From assembly GCA_964599085.1 (NCBI GenBank), contig CAZRFD010000021.1, positions 7,703 to 71,702 on the forward strand: 64,000 nt of DNA, read 5' to 3'. This DNA is from an uncultured Enterobacterales bacterium (GTDB lineage: Bacteria > Myxococcota_A > UBA796 > UBA2385). Below, piece by piece: positions 47,504 through 54,998 of the stretch. Position numbers and translations under genes: made by a program. The notes under the pieces were generated by a model. That model worked only from the letters and a program-made list of their open reading frames with translations, did no database searches and was not told the origin of the DNA. Position 1 is the stretch's first letter. Each line of letters opens with the position of its first letter.

Positions 47504-48241
47504 GTGGCTGCCGACCGCTTGGGGATCGTGGGGGGACTCGCAGTTGGCGTGGTCCTCGGCTTCGTGCTCGGGGGCATCGGACCGCGCAGGGAACTCGCCA
47601 GCACCCAGGCCGAGCTGAGCGCGGCCCGCGACCAGATCGTCGAGCTGCAGGCGCGCCAGGGCCGTCGCAGCCCGCTCGGAATGCTGGGGCTGGGCGGTGG
47701 GGGTGGAGCATCCCCGGCTGAGTCTGAAGAACAGGCGCCAGCGCCGCCCTCGACCGAGGTGCCGACCGCCGAGGCGGCGGCGCCAGAGCCTGTGGTCGCC
47801 GATGTGGGTGAGCGCCCGCCGCCGCCAGAGCCCCAGGCGTCGCGCGACCTCGCCAGCTTCGACGCCGCCGTGGAAGCCCAGCGGATCCGTCGGGAACAGA
47901 GCCGCGCGGCCCTCATCGAGCAGGCCGATCTCGACGACCAGCAGATCGCTGAGTTGGACGCGGCCATCGCCGAGATGAACGTGCGCTTCGGCGAGATGAG
48001 CGAGGAACTACTGGACTTGTCGACGATGTACGACGACATGGGGTCTTCCGAGACGCTGCACGCCGTCCACGAGGTCACGGGCGTGCTCTACGACACCCAG
48101 GTCGAGCTCGAAGCCATCGTCGGAGAAGATCAGCTCGACGCCGTCGATCCCGACGCGCGGGAGATCTGGAACTACATCGACCTCGAGGCCTTCCGGGACA
48201 CCGTGGAGGCGGCGCAGGACCAGGGACCGGTCGACCCGTGA
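47504..48241 (+). CDS. Membrane-anchored coiled-coil hypothetical protein
   Basis: N-terminal TM; coupled to the ABC genes downstream. Confidence 0.72.
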   Translation: MAADRLGIVGGLAVGVVLGFVLGGIGPRRELASTQAELSAARDQIVELQARQGRRSPLGMLGLGGGGGASPAESEEQAPAPPSTEVPTAEAAAPEPVVADVGERPPPPEPQASRDLASFDAAVEAQRIRREQSRAALIEQADLDDQQIAELDAAIAEMNVRFGEMSEELLDLSTMYDDMGSSETLHAVHEVTGVLYDTQVELEAIVGEDQLDAVDPDAREIWNYIDLEAFRDTVEAAQDQGPVDP

Positions 48242-49149
48242 CCGGGGTCCTGCGCGACGCCATCGTCGTCGCCGGGTTTGACCTGCGGGCCTCGCTGCGC
48301 TCGCGCAAGGCGCTGCTCCTGCTGCTGCTATACGTGGCCGGGGCGGTCGTCGCCGACGCCGGCTTCGTCAACGTGCTGCAGGCCATCGAGCGAACGGCGG
48401 CGGACGCCCTCGCGGTGGCGGCCACCGACACGCCGGGGACCATGACGGCCAGCCTGATGGCCAACGAGCAGCTCCTCGACGTGGTCAGTGAGCTCGTCGG
48501 GGACCGCGTGCTCGCCCGGCAGCTCCTGTCCATCCCGCCCATGGCGCTGTTCTACGGCTGGGTGTCGCTGAGCTTCGTGCCGGTGCTCGTCGCGCTGACC
48601 AGCAGCGACGCCATCGCCGCCGACGTCGAGTCGGGGGCGGCGCGCTTCGCGCTGGTGCGCACGGGGCGGGGGGCCTGGGCGCTCGGCAAGCTGCTGGGGC
48701 AGGCGCTGCTCATGGCGGTGGGGCTGCTGCTCGGGGCCGTGGCGACCTTCATCGTCGGCTACGGCTGGACCCGCGGCTTCGACCCCCTGGCCAACCTCTC
48801 CTGGCTGCTTCGGCTGACCGGGCGGGCGTCCTTGGTGGGTGTTGCCTGGCTCGGGGTCGTGCTCGGCCTGTCGCAGCTCACGCGACACACCAACCGAGCC
48901 CGCGTGCTCGGCGTGCTGGCGCTCATCCTGCTCGGTGCGGGGCGGGCCTTCCTCACGCACGCGCCGGTCGTGCGCGACAACGCCGCCGCCCTGGCCGACA
49001 GCCTGCTGCCGCTGTTCATCGGCAGCCACGTCGTGGATCTGTGGCAGCCGGCGCTCGCGGACCGTCTGCCGGCGGTCGTGATGCTGCTGGCCCTCGGCGC
49101 GGCCGCCTTCGCTGGCGGGCACCGCGTGTTCTCCCGGCGGGACGGCTGA
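48238..49149 (+). CDS. ABC-2 type permease
   Basis: Multiple TM helices; DAIAADVESGAARF..LGKL. Confidence 0.85.
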   Translation: MTGVLRDAIVVAGFDLRASLRSRKALLLLLLYVAGAVVADAGFVNVLQAIERTAADALAVAATDTPGTMTASLMANEQLLDVVSELVGDRVLARQLLSIPPMALFYGWVSLSFVPVLVALTSSDAIAADVESGAARFALVRTGRGAWALGKLLGQALLMAVGLLLGAVATFIVGYGWTRGFDPLANLSWLLRLTGRASLVGVAWLGVVLGLSQLTRHTNRARVLGVLALILLGAGRAFLTHAPVVRDNAAALADSLLPLFIGSHVVDLWQPALADRLPAVVMLLALGAAAFAGGHRVFSRRDG

Positions 49150-49150
49150 G

Positions 49151-50101
49151 GTGGCCGCTTCCTCAGGGATGGCGCTGCAGACCCGGGGGTTGCGTCGGCG
49201 CTACGGGTCGACCGTGGCGCTCGACGGTCTCGACCTCGACGTCCCCAGCGGCGTGGTGTGCGGCCTGGTGGGGCCGAACGGGGCGGGCAAGACCACGACC
49301 ATGGGCGTCGTGGCGGGCTTGATCCAGCCGGACGCGGGCAGCGTCGACGTCCTGGGCGGCGGCCCCTTCGACCCGGCGCGGCACGCCGGACGGGTCGGGC
49401 TCCTGCCGCAGGACTGCGCCTTGCCGGCGGCCCTCCCGGTCGGCGAGGTGCTCGCCTTCTACGGGCGGCTGCAGGGCATGACCGCGACCGAGGCGCGCCG
49501 GGCCGCCGCGCAGCTCCTTGAAGAGGTCGACCTCGCCGACCGCGCCGCACAGCGCGTCGGCCAGCTCTCCCACGGCATGCGCCGGCGCGTGGCCGTGGCC
49601 CAGGCGCTGCTCGGCGACCCCGAGCTGGTGCTGCTCGACGAGCCGACCAGCGGCCTCGACCCCCACCTCGTCGTGCGCATGCGGGCCCTGCTGCGGGCAC
49701 GCCGGGGCCGCTGCACCCTGGTGGTGTCGTCCCACGTCCTCGCCGAGCTGGAGGCGAGCTGTGACCACGTGATCTTCATGGAGCGCGGTCGGTGCATCGC
49801 GGCGGGCTCCATGGCGGATCTGACCGGGCGCAGCCGTCAGGTGATCGTCGAGTTGGAGGCGGGGTTCGACGCCGCCAGCCTGCTCCCGTCGCTGCGGGAC
49901 GCGGGCCTCTCGGCCCGGGCCGACGGCTGCCGGCTGGTCGTCGGTGGCGCGGCAGGCGAGGGGAGCGCGGTCCTCAACGCCCGGCTGCTGCCGCTGCTCC
50001 TCGCGGCGGGTGCACCCATCGTCGAGGTCCAGGCCGGCCGCAGCCTCGAGGCGACCTGGATGGCCCGGCGGGAGGCTCGGAGCGGGGACGGCGAAGCGTA
50101 G
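49151..50101 (+). CDS. ABC transporter ATP-binding protein
   Basis: GPNGAGKTT, LSHGM, LLDEPTSGLDP and SSH. Confidence 0.92.
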   Translation: MAASSGMALQTRGLRRRYGSTVALDGLDLDVPSGVVCGLVGPNGAGKTTTMGVVAGLIQPDAGSVDVLGGGPFDPARHAGRVGLLPQDCALPAALPVGEVLAFYGRLQGMTATEARRAAAQLLEEVDLADRAAQRVGQLSHGMRRRVAVAQALLGDPELVLLDEPTSGLDPHLVVRMRALLRARRGRCTLVVSSHVLAELEASCDHVIFMERGRCIAAGSMADLTGRSRQVIVELEAGFDAASLLPSLRDAGLSARADGCRLVVGGAAGEGSAVLNARLLPLLLAAGAPIVEVQAGRSLEATWMARREARSGDGEA

Positions 50102-50110
50102 GTCCGGCGC

Positions 50111-50265
50111 GCGCCACTTCGGAGGGGTGATGGTCTGTCACCCCCCGTTCGTGGCGCCGATTACGCCACTGTTTCGGGGTGATCCCGGTATCACCGGCGG
50201 TCCGTGGCGCCGTTCGCGCCACTTCGGTGGGGTGATGGCCTGTCACCCCTCGTCCGTGGCGCCGA
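50111..50265. repeat. Three ~50-bp nested-hairpin repeats (REP-like)
   Basis: GCGCCAC-N6-GGGGTGA-N7/8-TCACCCC-N6-GTGGCGC at 50111, about 50164 (diverged) and 50216. Confidence 0.85.
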
Positions 50266-51028
50266 CACGCCGACCGCCGCCGCGCACCCAGGAGCGCAGC
50301 CGCCACTGGTCGCCGACGGCCCGGAGCAGCGCCGGATCGCAGGCGTAGCTCGAGAGCCGCTGCACCGTCCGCAGCGGCGTGGCCAGGGTTTCGGCGATGG
50401 CGCGGGTGCGAAAGCCGGGGCAGGCAAGCTGTACTGCGGCGGCTCGGGCGTGGACGACGAGGCGTCGGGGTCCGGACAGCCCCGGGAGGGCGACGGCCGC
50501 GGCCGCGGCGTCGGCGAGCGCGGAGAGGTCGGCGGCCGCCAGTTCACGCGGTTCGAGGCCGAGCAGCTCGACCAGGTCCGCTCGCCGTACCCGTGGGAGG
50601 TGCTGCGCCACGACCGGGCGCATCCAGCCCGCGTTGACCCGCAGGCCCATCAAGTCGGGCAGGGCGCTGGCTTCGTGGAAGGGATCCGGAGCGATGCCGT
50701 GGTGGCGCTCCTGGTCGAGCACGTAGCGGAACAGGTTGCGCAGGTGTGCCTGGTCGTGGATTGGCTTGAGGCGCGCGGGCTCCAGCTTCTCGGCGCGCCC
50801 GAGCAGGTGGCCCAGCCCGATCTGCAGCCGCCGCGCCAGCTCGCCGACCTCGGCGCGGGTGCCCAGGGCAGGGACGTGCGCGTGCGTGTCGGGGGCGTGG
50901 AAGGCCACCACCGGCCACCCCTTCGCCACCCGTGCCACGAGAGCTGACCACGCCCGCCGCGCGTGGGTGCCAGGAGCGAGCACGGCGTCGTCTTCTCGCC
51001 GCAGGATGATCTGCCAGCCGATCGCCAT
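50243..51028 (-). mobile_element. Divergent HUH (RAYT/Y1-like) nuclease or transposase with a C-terminal HTH
   Basis: AFHAPDTHAHV (HUH), HLRNLFRYVLDQ (candidate Tyr) and AIAETLATPLRTVQRL; flanked by palindromes. Confidence 0.72.
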
Positions 51029-51052
51029 GGGGCACCTCGCCAGCCGTCCGCA

Positions 51053-51069
51053 TGCAAGTCGTGCGCCAA
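51053..51069 (-). promoter_or_regulatory. Sigma54-like promoter of the HUH gene
   Basis: Minus strand TTGGCGCACGACTTGCA (GG-N10-GC), 25 bp before the ATG, with a GAGGTG SD-like sequence between. Confidence 0.6.
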
Positions 51070-51093
51070 ATGTGATTCCAGCGACTTGTGGGT

Positions 51094-51181
51094 CCGGGGT
51101 GTCGAATATCCGACACCCCCCTGTCGAGGATTCGACACCCCCCTGTCGAGGATTCGAAACCCCCCTGTCGAGGATTCGACA
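51094..51181. repeat. Four 22-bp tandem palindromic repeats (TGTCG-N6-CGACA)
   Basis: CCGGGGTGTCGAATATCCGACA, then three copies of CCCCCCTGTCGAGGATTCGA[C/A]A. Confidence 0.9.
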
Positions 51182-51263
51182 CCTCCGCCTCCTCTCCGAC
51201 GCGCGCTGCCACGGAGGGCGTCTGGGGCGTCTGCGACACCGGTGGTGTCCGATGACTCCGCGC

Positions 51264-52439
51264 TCAGGGGCAGCCGCCGCCGCCTTCGACGTCGATGGAA
51301 CGGGCTTCGTCCAGCGTGACCGAGCGGAGACCGCGCGCCTCCACCTCGGCGAACAGGTCCATCACCAGCGCCGCAGCGTCGCCTTTGTAGCCGGGGCTGG
51401 AGCGGTGGGCGTATGAGCTCGGGTGGATGACGATGCCGATTCGGTGGCGGTCGTCGCCCTGGTCCAGCGCGTCGAGCACCGTCTGTTCAGAGACCCGGGC
51501 GCCGCCGGATTCGGTCTGGAAGGGCACGTGGGGCAGCAGGTAGACGTTGCTGGCCGAACCCATGTCCTTGCAGTACGAGCCCCCGAGGATCGCTTCGGGG
51601 GTATCGGTGTCCATGTCGGCCGTGACATGGTCGTAGCCCGACGAGCTGAACGGGATCGTGGCGACGTCGCCGACCCACTCCAGGTCGATGCAGCCCGACT
51701 CGTCGGCGATGGGTTCCCCCTTCGCGTCGCGGGCTGGGTTGCACGAGTTGTCGTGGCGTCCGTTGGGTTCGTCGGCGCCGCCATTGTCGTGCGGGCCGAC
51801 CGCTGCGAAGGTCGGGGACCAGGACGAGCCCAGCGCCATCGACATCACCCGCTGCAGGCGCGCCAGGCCGTAGTCCAGCGAGCATTGCCCGGCAGCGCGA
51901 TCTCCCCAGCAGCGATCGGTGCCGTCTTCGTCGATGTCGTCGACCAGGTCCGTGGCGTTGCTGTAGCCGTCGCGGTAGGCGTGGTTGTGGGTGTGGCTGT
52001 GGAAGGCGAACCGGTGGCCGCTGGCTGCCCAGGTGGAGAGCTGATCGCGTGCCGGTTGGGATTCGGACAGCAGCTCGGCCCACGCGGGCGTGAACATGAT
52101 CGTGACGTGGTGGGGCTGATCGAGGGAGGCGTTGCGTTCTTCGAGGTCCGCCATGAAGTCGACCAGTCGGTCCCAGCGCTGGTCGATGTCGTCGGGGGTG
52201 GCCGGGTCCGCGTGGAGGACGAAGTAGAAGACGGGGGTTCCCGTCGTCCCACCGCCATCACCGGCACCGCCACCATCGGCGATCCCACCGTCTGATCCGC
52301 CGCCATCGGCTCCGCCGCCATCGGCACCGCCGCCATCGGAACCGCCACTGTCGGACGCGCCACCCGGTGTCGCCCCCTTGTCGGTGCACGCGGTGTTCAT
52401 GAGCGTCAGGAGGAGGGTGGCGCAGCGGACAGGGGACAA
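51264..52439 (-). CDS. Lipoprotein with a Gly/Asp linker and a deacetylase-like domain
   Basis: AGGAGG RBS before TTG, lipobox-like TAC, GGxDG repeats, VLHADP and GHRFAFHSH. Confidence 0.7.
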   Translation of the reverse strand: MSPVRCATLLLTLMNTACTDKGATPGGASDSGGSDGGGADGGGADGGGSDGGIADGGGAGDGGGTTGTPVFYFVLHADPATPDDIDQRWDRLVDFMADLEERNASLDQPHHVTIMFTPAWAELLSESQPARDQLSTWAASGHRFAFHSHTHNHAYRDGYSNATDLVDDIDEDGTDRCWGDRAAGQCSLDYGLARLQRVMSMALGSSWSPTFAAVGPHDNGGADEPNGRHDNSCNPARDAKGEPIADESGCIDLEWVGDVATIPFSSSGYDHVTADMDTDTPEAILGGSYCKDMGSASNVYLLPHVPFQTESGGARVSEQTVLDALDQGDDRHRIGIVIHPSSYAHRSSPGYKGDAAALVMDLFAEVEARGLRSVTLDEARSIDVEGGGGCP

Positions 52440-52500
52440 TCGGTCCTCCTGCGATGTCTTCGGTGGGAACGACCGCCGGCGATGCGGCCCGCTGCGCGGC

Positions 52501-53382
52501 TCAACCCCCCGACGCGTAGGCGCCGCCCGGTTCATCGACGAAGGCCGTGCCGTCGTAGCGCTTGCGATGCACCGCGTGCAGGCCGTCCCGGTCGACGTCG
52601 TAGATGTTGAAGTGGGCGGTGCGGCCCTTGTCGGGCAGCAGGGCGTAGCCGCTGGCGCCCGGGTCGAGCACCGGCACGGGGCCACCCCCCGTCGGCACCT
52701 CCGTGCGGAAGCCGTGGTGTTCGTGGCCGTGCAGCACGGCGTCGACCCGATCGGTGCCGGCGAGGAAGGCTTCGACGTCGGCGGCGTTGGACAGCGCGCG
52801 GGTCGCGGGGCCGTAGGGGGCGCCGCGGCGGTCGCGCAGCGGGTAGTGCAGCAGCAGGAACACGAAGGGGCGAGGGTCGGGCCAGGCGGCACCGTCGAGC
52901 AGGCGACGGGCGGCGTCGAGCTGCCCGCTGGGCGTGTGTCCGCTGCTCAGCGGGTGGGCGCGGCAGCTCTCCACGGCGAGGAAGGCCACGTCGCCGACCT
53001 CGTAGAGGTAGGGCAGGCCGCCGTGCAGCCACGGCCCGAAGTCCTCGGCGATGCGGTCGTCGCGGGCCGCGCCGCGGGTGTAGACGTCGTGGTTGCCGGG
53101 GATGATCGCGGTCGGCACCGTCGAAAGCAGCGGATCGAGCAGCTCGCGGGCGGCGGCGAACTCGCTGTGGAGCGCCTGGGCGGTCAGGTCGCCGGTGATC
53201 ACCACGGCATCGGGCCGGGCGGCGATGGCGGCATCGACGGCGGCGCGCTGCACCTCGGGACGGAACTTGTTGTGGCGTCCAAGCAGGTAGAGGTTCAGCG
53301 AGCCGAGCAGGCGCTTGCCCGCCAGCTCGTGCGGGCGAGGGGGCACCTGCACGTGGAGATCGGTGAGGTGCACGATGCGCAT
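52501..53382 (-). CDS. Metallophosphoesterase (Icc/CpdA-like)
   Basis: TDLH, TGDLT, PGNHD and LHGHEH. Confidence 0.9.
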   Translation of the reverse strand: MRIVHLTDLHVQVPPRPHELAGKRLLGSLNLYLLGRHNKFRPEVQRAAVDAAIAARPDAVVITGDLTAQALHSEFAAARELLDPLLSTVPTAIIPGNHDVYTRGAARDDRIAEDFGPWLHGGLPYLYEVGDVAFLAVESCRAHPLSSGHTPSGQLDAARRLLDGAAWPDPRPFVFLLLHYPLRDRRGAPYGPATRALSNAADVEAFLAGTDRVDAVLHGHEHHGFRTEVPTGGGPVPVLDPGASGYALLPDKGRTAHFNIYDVDRDGLHAVHRKRYDGTAFVDEPGGAYASGG

Positions 53383-53555
53383 GGGGACTCCGCTTCGAGC
53401 TGCGTCCTATCCTGACGGGGGCCGGGGGCGACCAGACGGTCGGGGCGGTGCGCACGGGGATGGGCGTAGCGCCACTGAAGAACCTTGACACGTCAAGCCG
53501 TCCTTCCATGTAGATTCTACGGGTTACGCTCTCCGCCCTCTCCGTCAGGCGTCCC

Positions 53556-54194
53556 ATGTCCTCCTCTCCCGATCCCCGCCGCGTCCTGCGCCAGGCTGCC
53601 GAGCGCCGGCTGCCCTGCGAAGTGCTGCCGCGAGGGGGGGCGGCGCTGGCGGGCAGCGTGGTCCGGGTCGAGCAGGCCGGCGTCGTGCTGCTCGTGCCCG
53701 GCCGGCGCTTCTCGGGCGGTGAGGATCTGCGCGTCTGGCTGACGGTGGACGGTCGCGCGTGCAGCTTCGAGGCCAGCGTGGTCCGTGCCGGCGTGCCGGT
53801 GCCGGATCGCAGCCAGGACGGCGTGCTGCTAGGCTACCTCGACCGCTGGACCGAGGGCTCGGCCACCGCCAGCGGCGTCGGCGACTGTGTGGTCGAGGTG
53901 TTGCCACCGAATGGACCCGCCGTGTCCCTGCTGGCCGACCCGGTGCGGCTCGTGGATCTGACGGCCCGCGAGCTGTCGTTCTCGGTGCCGGCCAGCTTCC
54001 CCTTGGTCTTCGTGCGCCAGGGCACGGTCCGGCTGCGGCTCGGGCTGCCGGGGCGGGCTCCGGTCGAGCTGCTGGCGCGGGTGCAGACGCTGGCCCCCGG
54101 CCACGGTGCCATCCTGTACGGGCTCGGCTACCTGCAGGTCGACGACGCCGACGGGCTGCGAGAGGTCGTCGAGGGCATCGAGCAGCGGCTCTGA
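53556..54194 (+). CDS. Hypothetical protein, possibly tandem PilZ-like barrels
   Basis: Two beta-rich halves; VDLTARELSF..YGLGY resembles a degenerate PilZ domain. Confidence 0.55.
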   Translation: MSSSPDPRRVLRQAAERRLPCEVLPRGGAALAGSVVRVEQAGVVLLVPGRRFSGGEDLRVWLTVDGRACSFEASVVRAGVPVPDRSQDGVLLGYLDRWTEGSATASGVGDCVVEVLPPNGPAVSLLADPVRLVDLTARELSFSVPASFPLVFVRQGTVRLRLGLPGRAPVELLARVQTLAPGHGAILYGLGYLQVDDADGLREVVEGIEQRL

Positions 54195-54234
54195 CTGCGC
54201 CGCCCCGGCCGGGTGGCGCCGTTGGGCGCGACCC

Positions 54235-54963
54235 TCAGAGGGTGCCGACGGCGTCGAGGTCGGGGCGCGCCAGGAGCTGCTTGTGGTCCGGCGTGACCAG
54301 CACCATCTCGGCGAAGCTGGCGCCCTGGCCGTCCAGCACGATGCGGGGGCGGATCACGTAGATGCCGTTCATGCGCCGGGGGTTGAAGAACTGCACCTGG
54401 TTGCGGCGCAGCAGGCTGTTGCCCCAGGCGCCGCCGGGCCAGCGACCGGCCCACGACCGCTCCGGGCCCATCGCCACGAAGCCGATGGACTTCTGGCCAC
54501 CCAGGCTGGCGCGGCGGTTGGTCGTCCAGGCCTGGGCGAAGACGAACAGCTCGCCGACGCACTTCCAGCGGCTGGCGTAGCCGCACACCGCTCGGCACAG
54601 CTCGCGCGCTTCGCCCACGATGGGCGCGTCGTCGTCCTGGCCGAAGACGAAGGCCGTGCCCGCGTCCCCGAAGGCTGCGTCGGTGGCCGGCGTGACCTCC
54701 AGCTCGACGATGGTGCCGGCTTGCAGGCGGGCGGAACGCCGCGGGCGGTCGGTCCAACGGACGACCGCCGGGGCGCCGAAGCGCACCACCGGCGCGCGAA
54801 ACCAGGTCGAGAAGCCCATGGCGTGGCCGCGTTCGTGCGCCAGGGCGTGGACGTCGTGCTCGCTCATGCCGGGTTCCAGCCGGGACTTGAGGTCGGCCAG
54901 CAGGTCCAGCGCGCCCTGCTGGGCGACTTCAAAGGCGGGGAGCGCGGCGGCGGGGTCGGTCAT
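54235..54963 (-). CDS. Peptidase M24-like protein (degenerate)
   Basis: LEPGMSE and LQAGTIVELEV.P..FGDAGTAFVFG. Confidence 0.6.
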   Translation of the reverse strand: MTDPAAALPAFEVAQQGALDLLADLKSRLEPGMSEHDVHALAHERGHAMGFSTWFRAPVVRFGAPAVVRWTDRPRRSARLQAGTIVELEVTPATDAAFGDAGTAFVFGQDDDAPIVGEARELCRAVCGYASRWKCVGELFVFAQAWTTNRRASLGGQKSIGFVAMGPERSWAGRWPGGAWGNSLLRRNQVQFFNPRRMNGIYVIRPRIVLDGQGASFAEMVLVTPDHKQLLARPDLDAVGTL

Positions 54964-54998
54964 GGGGCGGCAGCCTATCAGCCTGCGTCGGGGAGGTG

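Noticed and set aside
50111-50265. CRISPR or tRNA interpretation of the ~50-bp hairpins
   Set aside because: The long repeats are nearly contiguous, and there is no cloverleaf, T-loop or CCA end.
51094-51181. CRISPR interpretation of the 22-bp array
   Set aside because: The units are directly adjacent with no unique spacers, and there are no cas genes in the window.
52251-52347. 15-bp imperfect repeats
   Set aside because: They only encode the GGxDG low-complexity linker of a lipoprotein.
53485-53520. TTGACA plus short palindromes (TTGAC-AC-GTCAA, GTAGA-T-TCTAC) in a divergent intergenic region
   Set aside because: The spacing to the TAGATT -10-like hexamer is 20 bp and the palindrome spacing does not fit FNR/CRP, so it is too weak to call.
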